A DNA stretch of 64,000 nucleotides from the human T2T-CHM13v2.0 reference genome, Homo sapiens. The DNA is taken from NCBI RefSeq assembly GCF_009914755.1, contig NC_060942.1; one strand, 5' to 3'. The position numbers were made by a program, and so were the translations under genes. Shown piece after piece: positions 25,950-48,539 of the stretch (its first letter is position 1; each line of letters begins with the position of its first letter). The notes under the pieces are model-generated. The model saw only the letters and a list, made by a program, of their open reading frames with translations, did not search any database and was not told where the DNA came from.

Positions 25950-27270
25950 TATAAAGAGAATGACACGCTATCACTGGACGAACACAAGCAAAGCCTCTTT
26001 CGTTCCGGGAAGGTTCTATGGGGGCCGAACCCACGCTGGGCGCTGCTGGGCCACGGGGGAAAATGAAGACGGAGGGTCCCGAGAGCGCTGCCCTCGCCAG
26101 AGGCCACGAGCCACCCCCAACCACCGCGGCTCCGCCAGGAGAGCGAGCTTCGCCTCGCAGAGGGCTGCGGCGGCCGGCCCGGCGCCCAGAGCGGCCTGCT
26201 CCCACAGGTCCTGCGCGGGCGCCAGCTGGACCCGGACGCCGCGGCCCGGCTCGCCCGCCCCCGCCCTCACCGCTCCCGGGGACGCCAGCTGCCCACCCGG
26301 CCACAAAACACCCGGCCAGAGAAAGAGCTGTCCGCGAGCAAGAACCAAGCACAGCGGCGTGGGAGCTACGGCGAAGCTGCGGCCCGGGGGCGCGCGCCCG
26401 AGCGCCCCCACGGCTTTCCCAAGGACCCCCAGACCCGGGCCGCGCAACGCTGGTGGCGCATCCACGCGCTCCCCAAGAAGCCGCTGTGGCACCGCCCTCC
26501 AGAACTAACTGCGCTTGCGCTAACCATGAGCTGCTCAGCTCAAGTATGCTTTTTTTTTTTTTTTTTTTAAACCAAAAGGAGCAAGAGAGCGGTCAGCGCA
26601 GGCGCGCCCCTGACGCGGACCGCGCCGCCACTTCCGCCCCGAGCGAGAGGCTAGAGGCGAGAGGCGGGGGAGGCGGGAGGGACCCTGCGGACAGGGCACG
26701 AGTCCGGGTCTCGGAGGAGGTCGGCGACTGCCGCGTGGGTCCGCGACTCACCAAGTACAGCGGCTGCCAGCGACGCTGAGTATCCAACTCTTCGAACTCC
26801 CGCTCGATGGTGGTGGGCATGGCTGCGGGAGCGAGCTGGCGCGAGCAGAGCCTGCGCCGGCGGAGAGGCTCAGGCCCCGCACGATCCGGGGAGAGCGCTG
26901 GCGCTGCGGCGCATGCGCGCTGCGCGCCGCGCCCCGCCCCCACGCCAAGCCCTGTCGGCCGTGGGGAAAGTACCTGGAGCGTCGGACGTCAGCGCGCAGA
27001 CTCGGCGCCCGAGCGCGGCGCGGAGTCGGCGGCGGGGCGGGGCGGGGCGCTCGGGGGGCGGGGCTCGGGGTGCCCAGGTGGGAGGGGGCGGGGCCAGGGG
27101 ACCACCCGGCGGCCGTGGTCCCTGCGCGCGGCACGAGGTGAGCCGCCCCTTGGGCTTGCGTCTTCCGACAAGAGAGAGGCGGTGGTCCGTGGGTAGCGCG
27201 GGGTTACTGGAATGGGACTCCCTGAGGAAGTCCCCTGAGAAGTCGCCGGCACGCTCCGCCTTCCTTCTTG
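25950..27270 (-). promoter_or_regulatory. CpG-island, TATA-less promoter and 5' UTR of PTPN2
   Basis: Dense CpG around exon 1. Motifs: NRF1-type palindrome GCGCATGCGC 26909-26918, CRE-like GGACGTCA 26984-26991, tandem GC boxes 27034-27049, kB-like GGAAGTCCCC 27226-27235, ETS ACTTCCG 26630-26636, GAS TTCCGGGAA 26003-26011. Confidence 0.9.
26752..26820 (-). CDS. PTPN2: Tyrosine-protein phosphatase non-receptor type 2 (TC-PTP), coding exon 1
   Basis: Encodes MPTTIEREFEELDTQRRWQPLYL (69 nt, TC-PTP N-terminus). Start context gcagccATG. Followed directly by the donor GTGAGT (plus strand actcac 26746-26751), phase 0. Confidence 0.98.
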
Positions 27271-27694
27271 CTTCCCATTTCTCGTTTTCTTCTCAGCCTT
27301 CATAGTTTTTTAAAGTGCTGTATTTGAATATTATTTTAAACATCATCTAGGTCAGATTAGCGGCCTGTGACCAACTTGGAAACAAATTCCTCATTCTTTT
27401 CTGCCCTGGTGTCAGCTCCTGTAAGCCTGCAGATTTTATGCCAAATAAACCGCTGGAGCAAAAGGAAAGGCAGCCAGCCTCTCCCGGAATTTGGGAGAGG
27501 GATACCTTGTTAAGAAAACGTTCTACAACTTACGAATTAGATTTAACTGTAAAAAATAGCACGTCCTCTTTTACCAAACAAACGTACTAGTTAGGGAAAT
27601 CATCTTGCTTCAGATTTAAGATAGTTCTTTTTTAGTGCTTGTAATATCCTGCTATATAATCTTCATAAGAAACGTGAAGGGTTAGGAAAGGTTT

Positions 27695-27862
27695 AGCCGT
27701 GCTGTCCAGTATTGGGATTTAAATTTTAAATATTAACTTAATTCCTCAGTGGCACCAGCCACATTTCAGGTGTGCCATAACCATGTATGGCTAGTGGCTG
27801 CTATGTGGCAAAGTACATATGTAGAACGTTTCTATCATCGAAGACAGTTCTTTTGGACAGAG
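27695..27862. mobile_element. MER3 (hAT) element
   Basis: gctgtccagta...cagccacattt...tggctagtggct...ttggacag. Confidence 0.7.
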
Positions 27863-28351
27863 CCGGCCGAGAGGATTACAATACTTGGGGCAGAAAAGTG
27901 TCCTTAATCACATAAAATAATGAAAACCCTTGCCAGAAAAAAAAAAAAAAAAGTTGGCTACGGAAGCTAGAAGAAATCGTATTAACAAAAAAGCAGTCAG
28001 CAAGCTTTCTACTTACATAGTATGATTTAGAGATACAGGAAAGCTTCCCCCGAAAGACCCCACAATGTCTAATGGTCCTTGGTTCTGAAATTCTGTCATT
28101 GAATCTGATTATTTTGATTAAAGGCATGGTATCTCCCAGAATATCCTGTGAATGTTCGCATTAGTCTGCTCATCAGATTGCTTTCCAACCAAAAAATACT
28201 GTGTTCTACAAAGGAGGAGCATCTTTATCTCAAAGCAGCAGTTCTTATCGCCAAGTATTCAGCATCTCTTTGGAATTCATTTGTCAGCCTCTCTGGTTCC
28301 GGGAGCTGTATTTGCCTATCTTAGTTTGCTGAGTGCAGCGAAGAATCTAGA

Positions 28352-28530
28352 ACAGTGGTTCTCACACCAGCATCATTTGCATCCAGTGTGAGCTTCTTTG
28401 AAATGCAAATTTGAAGGCCTCACCCCAAACTACTGAATCAGAATCTCTGGTGTTGGGGCCCCAGGAGACTACTTAAGCAAGCTCTCCTGGGGATGCCTGT
28501 GCCCCCCCAGAGTTTGAGAATGATTGCTCC
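28352..28530. mobile_element. MER5A (hAT) element
   Basis: cagtggttctca...aaatgcaaatt...tactgaatcagaatctctgg...agtttgagaa. Confidence 0.8.
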
Positions 28531-29217
28531 AGAAGAATACCTATACAGGGCTGCACTGAAGCCCGGGGGTAAAAAGAAAACAGAGGTTAACTTGCTTCGA
28601 GATATCCTGCTGACAAGATATGACTTGGTCTCTCCGACATATGTGACTCCCAACCCAACTAGTTCCTAGCTTGCTGTTTCTAAAGGACCCCAAATGTAGA
28701 CTTTTGCCCCTTTTGAAGTCAAGATCAGAAGTTCTCAGGATTTTAAAATGTCAGGCTTCCCTATTGCCCCCAAATTGTTCAAAGTCCTTTGATAGTAGGC
28801 ATACTTTTATGTGCATACTGTTTATATATTTGAGGAAATATATAATGAACAAAGTCTATTAATTTAAAAAATTACAAATTCATTTAAAAGAATTATGAAA
28901 TTAAGTAGCAAAGTGTATTTTTAAATAATAGTACATATATGTATGAGATACTCATTTTACAGATAATGCTTGGTGGATTACATATTTGGATTCATAGCAA
29001 TGTCTTCAACTTACTCCTTGGCCCCTTCAATCCCTGTTTGGGAACCACTGCTGTAGACCAAAGGAAATGAAGCATAGCGAGAGTTTGGAGTCCCTTCTTT
29101 CACTGGAACAAGGCCTGCCTTCTGCACTTTAGTATACTGTTTAAGAGGCTCTCTCCCCTCAATGTATAATTTATACCCCTTTCAGAGAAAACTCTACTTA
29201 CTACCCATAGCCCCTCC

Positions 29218-29575
29218 TGTGGTTTGAATAATGGTGTCCCCTCCAAAATTCACGTTGAAACTTTATCCTCATGGTGGCAGTATTAAGAGGTTGGCATTTG
29301 GGGAAGTGATTAAGTTATGAGGGTTCTGCTCTCATGAATTTGATTAGTGCCTCATAAAAGGACTGGAGGGAATTAGCTTGGGCCGTTTTTGCCCTTCTGT
29401 CCTGCCATGTGAAGGCCCCTAGGTGGCACCATGAGGAATGGGCCTTCAGCAGACACCAAACCTGCTGGTGCCTTGACCTTGGACTTCTCAGCCTTCAGAA
29501 CTGTGAGAAATAAATTTCTGTTATTTGCAAATGACACAGTTGCAGCTATTTCATTATAGCAGCACAAACAGACTA
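29218..29575 (+). mobile_element. MLT1A/MST (MaLR) LTR
   Basis: tgtggtttgaat...cccctccaaaattcacgttgaa and ggacttctcagccttcagaactgtgagaaataaatttctg. Confidence 0.85.
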
Positions 29576-29739
29576 CCCTTATAGCTAGAACTTCAGAGGC
29601 ACAAGCATATCAAAATACAGCCTAAAAGCCTGGTGTCTACAAGAGCTGTACATTTATAGAGCTGGGCAGACATTTGTTATACAAATTCAGATTGTACAGA
29701 TTACAGTGAGAATGAACTTCAGTTAAATATATGTAGTTT

Positions 29740-31990
<2,251 letters not shown>

Positions 31991-32514
31991 TATGCTAACC
32001 TCAATAAAACTAAAAAATTCCTCACTCGAGTGAAAACTTTTTTAATTTAAATAAAAATAAACGGTATTTCATTTAGAAATGGAAACCAGGCACATTATCT
32101 TACACAGTATTTCATAAACTACCATCACCTAGTGAATATAGCAAAAGACTGTATATGGCTTCAAAGCCACATAATGCACCTAAATTCTCTAAAATTGCCA
32201 GCAATTACAAAGTGATAGATATGAGCCACATAGGATCAAGATGGGGATTCACTCATTCCATATTTTGGAGCCACAAAGTATATCTGCTGCCTAGGTTTGG
32301 ACCAAATGCAATTAATGTATCAAACAAAAAATCCTAATATTTATTCAGCTTCATCCACAGCCTCCAAAAATGGTTTTAGTAAAAGACCAAATAAATTACG
32401 GTTTTTAAAAAAACTTTCGGGGCTGGGCGCGGTGGCTCACGCCTGTAATCCCAGCACTTTGGGAGGCCGAGACGGGCGGATCACGAGGTCAGGAGATCGA
32501 GACCATCCTGGCTA

Positions 32515-32877
<363 letters not shown>

Positions 32878-32880
32878 TCA

Positions 32881-33024
<144 letters not shown>

Positions 33025-33549
33025 TCAGCTACTCAGGAGGCTAGGCAAGACAATTGCTTGAGCCTGGGAGGCAGAGGTTGCAGTGAACCAAGACGGCGCC
33101 TGTTGCACTCCACCCTGGGTGACAGAGTGAGACTCTGTCTCAAAAAAAAAAAAAACTTCCAAAAATAACTACCTAACCCAACTACACAGAATATGTGGTA
33201 GGCCTTCCAATGAACTATCATAGTCCCTAAATATGTCAGTTATCAATTTATTGACATTAAGCTCAAGGCTTCCTTTTTCACCTTCTCTATGAGAATGGAT
33301 CTGGGCCCTTTAAATATTTTTCCTTTGCCAGCTGACACAGTGTTAAGCTTTGTCAGTAGGGGGAGTGGAGAGACACTTAAGGAGAAAGGGCTTGCTGGGA
33401 ACCGCACAGGGGAACTGTGCTTGCTGGGCTGACTCCAGTGACCAGCAGCCTCCCCCAGCACCTTGCTCCTGGGGGTGCGTCTGTAGCAGAGTACCTCCCG
33501 TGAGACATCTCCCCGTGAGCAACTTTCCCATACACCCAGAGGGCAATAG

Positions 33550-33960
33550 AGTAGATTGAATGGGGGCCTCTCAAAAATGTGTCTGCCTGGAACCTGTGAA
33601 TGTGACCTTCTATGAAAAAAGGGTATTTGCAGATTGAGCTACAAATCCTAAGATCAGATCATCTTGGATTATCAGGGTGAGCCCTAAATCCAATGACAAC
33701 TGTCCTTCTAGGAGAAGGGCAGGGAGAGATTTGAGACAGGAAAGGGCCATATGAAGATGGAGGCAGAGGTTAGTCACTCAGCTACGGGGAACACCTGGAG
33801 CACCCAGAAGCTGGAAGAGGCAATGAAGGCTCCTCCCTGAACCCTTCCGAGGGAGCAGAGCCCTGCAGACACCTTGGTTTTGGACTTCTGGCCTCTAGAA
33901 CTAAGTGAGGATAAATGGTGTTGTCTTAAGCCACCAAGTCCATGGTCATTTGATATGGCA
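33550..33960 (+). mobile_element. MLT1 (MaLR) LTR nested in an older LTR fragment
   Basis: ggaacctgtgaatgtgacctt, gccctaaatccaatgac and gacttctggcctctagaact are MLT1B/C hallmarks. Confidence 0.85.
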
Positions 33961-34509
33961 GCCAGCTGTACAAGGTTTCCAGCTAGTTCCACAAATGCAC
34001 CCCCACAGGGAGGGCTCTCCATGCAGCGGGCTAGAGGCACGCCTTCTCTAAGAAGATCTGGGACTCCTTAGAGTTTCATCCCTCAGCTTCTCAATGAAAA
34101 AAAATCCTTAAGCTTCTCAATGAAAAAACTTTTGAATGGAAGTACCTTAAAATTAAGGATTTCTGTTCATCAAATGACAGCATTAAGGAAAAGGGTGAAC
34201 TGCAGAGTAGACGTTTTGCAGTGAATACTTCCCCAAAAGACTCAGGCCCAAAATAAAGAACGCCTACAAGTCAGTATGAGAAAGATAGCTTAATAGGAAA
34301 ACGGGCAAGAGATTTTTGAGTAGGCATTTTGTGAAGAGGATATCCAAATGGCCAGTAAGCATATGAACCTTACCCTCATTAGTCACTAGAGAATGCCAGT
34401 TACTCCTATAATGAGATAATACCTCACCCCACCAGAGTGGCAGGAACTGGAAGCAGCTATAGGTCTTACACCTGCGGGGTGAATGAATGTTGACTGGGGG
34501 AGTGAGGAG

Positions 34510-35030
34510 TGTAACCGGGCCCTTTGAGATTTCAGCACCCCGCATTTTTAGTGGCTGAAACCATGAACATTCTGATCAGGCCCTTGCCTGCTTGCACATG
34601 TTAACTGCCCGCTTTCTGCCAATATCCCTTGCTCCCTCAATATAATGATAAACTGCTGATGTGCTGTTTCTTCACCAAGAGGAGAAGATAACTTCAAGGT
34701 CACAAAACATTTTTGCAGAGGGAATGGATGCTGTTAAGGATGTCATGACCGGCTGTTGATGCCCAGAAGTCTGGTTGTTCAAGGCACTATCTGAGACTGA
34801 AGAAACACAGACTTTCCCATCGGTTCCCTGAAACTCCCCCTCCCTTTTGTCTAGCTGCACAAAAACTCCCTGCTTCACCTTTTTGTTAAGACAGATTTGA
34901 GAGATCTTGCCCTCCTGCCCTCTTGCCTTGGTCAAATTGAATAAACCTTTCTCTATCTCCAAGCACCAGTGTCTCAGTGTTTGGCCCCAGCTGCTCATGG
35001 GGTACACAGGTCTGAGTTTGGGGTTCTACA
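34510..35030 (+). mobile_element. ERV1-class solo LTR, subfamily uncertain
   Basis: tgtaac...taca ends, ~520 bp, AATAAA near 34940 followed by a U5-like tract. Confidence 0.65.
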
Positions 35031-35230
35031 ATAGAAGTACAGTCCTAGCAAATCAAGCTGCATTGAACCATTCCAGAGGACAAAGGGTGGCATAAAAATC
35101 TGTTGGAAGAGAAGTTACCAGAGAGTGACAGATATATACTTTACCACGTTGTTAAGATAAATATCACAATTTTGCCTTGATTAGTCTTGGAAGAAAGAAT
35201 AAATAATGGATAAAGGAAGATGAAAACTAG

Positions 35231-35431
<201 letters not shown>

Positions 35432-35434
35432 TAA

Positions 35435-35563
<129 letters not shown>

Positions 35564-36239
35564 TAAAATGATTAGTTCTTGAGTACTTTGTTAGAACCAT
35601 ATTCCTTTGTATGTGTTAGATGGTTCTCAAGTCTCCTTAATTCTTGAAATCTAGAGCTTTTTATTTATTTTGATAATTTTGAGTCTGCATCCATCAGTGT
35701 CCCAGAGGATGTACAGTTGTGAAACCGTTGGCACACTAAGAAAGGTAATTAAAGAGAGTTTAAGGACAGAATGATTTACAGAGTTGTGGACAAGATTAGA
35801 AGAAATCTAAACACTCAGGGCTAAACACTCAGGGTTAACAACTGTGTGGAAATTCTACCAATCCATGGGTCTGAAGGTGCAGGGGACAGGAGCAGTTACC
35901 AAAACCCAGAGAGAGGGCAGGAGAGGGCTATCAGATGGGCAATGTGGCTTTCTGTGAAGGAGCACAGCCACAGCAGGCCCATGGCTTTGGCAGGAACACA
36001 CACTGTATTCCTTTCCTACTGCTGCTGTGACAAATGACCCCAAGGAGTCCAGGGGCCCTGGCTCATATTCAACTAGTATGAGGGCTCATAGAAGTGAAAC
36101 AGTGTTGAAGCAATTAAAGCTTCTCCAGCTCAGCTTATCACATCTGAATTCAAGACCTTGTCTATAGGCCAGGCGTGGTGGCTCACGCCTGTAGTCCCGG
36201 CACTTTGGGAGGCCGAGGCGAGTGGATAACCTGAGGTCA

Positions 36240-36446
<207 letters not shown>

Positions 36447-36885
36447 TCAAAAAAAAACACAAAAAAACCTTGTCTATAAAACTGTCTTCTTTCCCTGTTT
36501 TCCCTATCACAGCTAATGGCATCACTTATTCAACCAAGCTACAAACCTGGAAGTCATCTTCAACATCTCTCTATCCTTTATCTTCTGTGTCTAATGGGTC
36601 GCTGGTTTCTGTTGCTTCTTGCCTCCCAAGAAATCTCTCAAATCAATGCTCTGCTCTCTGTCTCCCCCTGCTGCTGCCTTAATAAAGATTTCATCCTCTT
36701 CCTGTCTCCTGCTCTATCCTGATGCTCGACCTTGGGTACCACCATTGGGTACCAGTATGGTGCCTGATTATAGTAGATGAAAAGTCAATGTGGCCGGGCA
36801 CGGTGGCTCACGCCTGTAATCCCAGCACTTTGGGAGGCCGAGGTGGGCGGATCCCGAGGTCAGGAGATTGAGACCATCCTGGCTA

Positions 36886-37332
<447 letters not shown>

Positions 37333-37584
37333 TGAGTAGCTGGGGTTACAGGCATGCGCCACCACATCCGGCTAACTTTGTATTTTTAGTAGAGACGGGG
37401 TTTCTCCATGTTGGTCAGGCTGGTCTCGAACTCCCGACCTCAGGTGATCCGCCCGCCTCATCCTCTGAAAGTGCTGGGATTACAGGCGTGAGCCACCGCG
37501 CCCGGCCCACCTCTCTTCTTTTGAAGGACTTTTCCTTTGGATAAATACCCAGAAGTGTAATTATTGGTCCAAAAGTTTATTAGT

Positions 37585-38050
37585 TATCTCCATTTGGATT
37601 TGTCTAGAAGCAAACCCTGAGATGGAGATTTGAGTCCATTTGAGATTTGAGATGGAGTCTTACATGGGAGGTGATGCCGGGAAACACTAGTAAGGGAGAA
37701 GGGAAGGGAAACAGGGAAAAGAAGAAAGCGTGTTTATTAACAACCAGTTAGCACTGTGGGCAACAAGAGGACTTCCAGCCTGCTGGGAAACTCTGGGGGG
37801 TGGGGGGCAGTAAAGAACATACTGTCAAAGTTTCCAGACCAAAGGGCAAGGAAACTCAGTTTTAACCACTAACTCCCCACCTGTCATGGTTTGAAGACTG
37901 TTTCTAGAGCTACTTAGCTCTCTGCCACTCCTACTTTGCCCTGTATGTAAGCTGAGCTTGTTTCCATGGCCAGAAAAAAAAAATTAAAGCAGAAAATAGC
38001 CTCTGGATGTAGAAGTACATGCTGAAGGTATGTGGGAAAGGTGCTTAAAG
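37585..38050 (-). mobile_element. LTR16/LTR33-like ERVL LTR remnant
   Basis: agaagcaaaccctgagatggagatttgag...gggaggtgat is the reverse complement of the LTR16/33 3' end. Confidence 0.55.
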
Positions 38051-38086
38051 CACCTGCTGCTATTTTTTTTTTTTTTTTTTTTTTGA

Positions 38087-38284
<198 letters not shown>

Positions 38285-38958
38285 TGAACTCCTGGACTCA
38301 AGTCATCCACCTGCCTTGACCTCCCACAGTGCTGGGATTACAGGTGTGAGCCACTGTGCCCAGCCAGATATTTTTATAGCTTTTGAAATCCACTGTTAAA
38401 TTGCTGTATGAAAGAATAGAATCAATGTAATGCTATAGGCAGCGATTTAGAACTATATGTTTGCCCACATCCCTATGAACCCTCCCAACTTGGCCTCCTG
38501 GAGTGCTGGAATTAAAGGCATGAGCCACCGTGCTTGGCCTGGTTCCTTTTTATCCACAACTACTTCCCACTTCTTACTATTTTATGCTTATGTGCATATC
38601 AGGCTGCTTCTGAAATGAAATACTATTATGTTAATAAAAAACACAAAAGAATTGATATTGTTGCAAAAACATACTTTCTCCCAGGTGAAACAGAGTCCAG
38701 ACAGTTTTAATTAACATTTCTTTGACTAGAAAAATTTACATGAAGTATATTGTATATTCTTGTTATGAGGAGACACATTCAAATCCCTGAATCTTAATTA
38801 GTTCATAGCCATATGAATGATCATCTCTGAGCACCTTTCACTTTCCGCTCTGGGGCTTCTCTGATGCTGTGACTTGCAACACCTAAACGAACACACAATT
38901 CACTGAAACATTCTTAACTCAGATGTGCAGAGGAGTTAGCACCAGTGGCACCACTCTT

Positions 38959-39817
38959 TTTTTTTTTTTTTTCTGTGCACATCCACCTTTAATAGCTTCT
39001 TCCGTCACTCTTTAGATCCAATTACTAAAGTCTTATTGAATCCAAAATAGATCACATCATTTACCTGTAAAGAGGAAAAATACCCTAAAAACATTTGTGG
39101 AAAAGGTTAAAAATTGTAAGCCATACTAACGATTTGTAAGAACTTTAGAATTTTTTTTTTTTTAAGCAAAGGCAGCTACCAAAGTGTTCTGGGCGGGGTG
39201 GGGGGGGGGGGGCGAGGGAGGTGAGTATGAGTGGAGTTGGACCCTTATAAAGGGACAGCGACAAACACCTCATACTCAAAACAAGGGGACTTCCCCTGTC
39301 ATTTGCGCCGTCGGGCCACTGCAAATGTCCGTGCTGAGATGCCTACGTTGTCACTCGACACAGCCGCCAAAGCTCACCCGGAGCTGCGTCAGTCCCCACT
39401 GGGTTCCTCCAGGCCAAGGAGGTACGACCTCCGCCGCAGCATATAAAGTAAATGTCCAGGACATGGGAAGAAACCCGCCGATACAGCACCCGGGTGCCCA
39501 AGCCCCCGAGAACTAGGCCGCGCGGGTACTACGGGGCCAGAAAGCCCGGGCCAGGGCGGGCCCACGAGCGAGCACCGTCGGGAACAAACCGGGAGAAAGA
39601 GGAAGAGCCGGCGCCAAAGGTATCCCGCCCACCGCGGTCCCCCCAGAACTCTTCCTGCGCTTGCAAGCGCCACGCTGCCCACAGGACTGCGCCAGCCGGC
39701 CGGCGCCTCAACAGAGCGCGCCAGGGAGCAGCGCCCGTCGGGAGCCAAGACGCCTGAGCCATCGAGGCCGCCGCCGGGCCAGGTCGAGGCCGCCGCCGCC
39801 GCCGCCGCCGCCGCCGC
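38959..39817 (-). pseudogene. Retroposed CpG-rich transcript fragment of unidentified parent gene
   Basis: Poly(T) 38957-38972, ATTAAA on the minus strand at 38988-38993, exact 12-bp TSD ggcaccactctt (38947-38958 / 39818-39829), and a GC-rich 5' end with (CGG)9. Confidence 0.8.
39789..39815. repeat. (GCC)9/(CGG)9 trinucleotide repeat
   Basis: Read directly from the sequence. Confidence 0.97.
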
Positions 39818-40059
39818 GGCACCACTCTTAACCGATGTTGATTTCCCCTTTCACACCCCAGGAAGGCAATTATTTGATTTTTTTTTGTTTTGCTTTTGTT
39901 TTGTTTTGTTTTGAAACAAGGTCTTGCTCTGTTGCCCAGGCTGGAGGGCAATGGTGTGATCATGGCTCACTGCAGCCTTGACCTCCCGGGCTCAAGTGAT
40001 CCTCCCACCTCAGCCTCCTGAGTTGCTGGGACTAGGTGCATGCCAACATGTCCAGCTAA

Positions 40060-40236
<177 letters not shown>

Positions 40237-40316
40237 TAGAAAGTCCCAGTGGGGGCCGGGCGTGGTGACTCATGCCTGTAATCCCAGCACTTTGGGAGGT
40301 CAAGGCGGGTGGATCA

Positions 40317-44600
<4,284 letters not shown>

Positions 44601-44882
44601 TTTTGCATCGAATCGAGGTCCTGGTGCCCCTCCTCCCCTCGCTGCTGGAGGTTTCTTAGCTGCAGTTCATGCCCTCCATCTGGTTCCCTATGACTCCTTT
44701 CTCAGCCCATCGCCATCTGGCCGTACACGGTCATGTGTTGTTGTCCTTGTTGTTTTTTCCTGCTGTTGCCTCCTCACTCCTCCAGACATGATCTGAGACC
44801 ACCCCAGCCAGCTCTTTCTTTCACATGGCCCACACTCTGGCCACAGAAAGCAGCCACGCATCTTTGCCCTGGCAAGCTTGAG

Positions 44883-45290
44883 GTGATACTTAATTTTATG
44901 TGTCAATCTGACTGCACCATGGGGTGTGCACATTAAACACTATTTCTGGTGTGTCTGTGAGGGTGTTCAGGATGGGACGGACATTTGAACTGGTGGCTCA
45001 GAAAAGTCGATTGCTCTCCATCCAATTCGTTAGGGGCCTGAGTGAACCACAAGGGGAGGGTGGGGGAATTCACCCATTTTTTTGGTCCTGCCTCACTGTT
45101 TGAGCTGGGACACAGGTTTCCTCCTGCCGTTGGGCTGGAATTTACACCACTGGCTTCCCTTGTTCTCAGGCCCTTGGACTTGGATTGGAATTACAGCCGT
45201 GGTTTTCCTGGGTCTTGAGTTTTCAGATGGCAGATCGTGACACTTTTTACCTTCATGCTCATGCAAGCCAGTTCCTCATAATCTCTCTCT

Positions 45291-45315
<25 letters not shown>
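44883..45315 (+). mobile_element. MLT2-type (ERVL) LTR
   Basis: Starts ttaattttatgtgtcaatctgactg, contains tatttctggtgtgtctgtgagggtgtt, and ends in a (TC)n tract typical of MLT2. Confidence 0.8.
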
Positions 45316-45323
<8 letters not shown>

Positions 45324-45327
45324 CTAC

Positions 45328-47720
<2,393 letters not shown>

Positions 47721-48085
47721 TTGTTGTTGTTGTTATTTTGAGACATGATCTCACTCTGGCACTTAGGCTGGAGTGCAGTGGTGCAATCACAGCTTACTGC
47801 AGCTTTGACCTCCCTGGCTTAAGATATCCTCCCTCCTCAGCCTCCTGAGTGGTTGAAGCTACAGGCACGCCCCACCAAGCATAGCTAATATTTTAGTTCT
47901 TTTTTTTTTTTTGTAGGGACATGGTCTCCCTATATTGCCCAGGCTGTGTTGAACTCTTGGCCTCAAGTAATCCTCTTGCCTCAGCCTCCCAAAGTGCTGG
48001 GATTATAGGTATAAGCCACCACACATGGCCTAGGCTTGAGTTTTAGTAGTTTCATTTAAATGTCCTGCTGCAATGTATTTATTCA

Positions 48086-48539
<454 letters not shown>

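Noticed and set aside
25936-27305. Long overlapping ORFs up to 253 aa on both strands
   Set aside because: Expected stop-codon depletion in a CpG island; low complexity and no recognisable domain.
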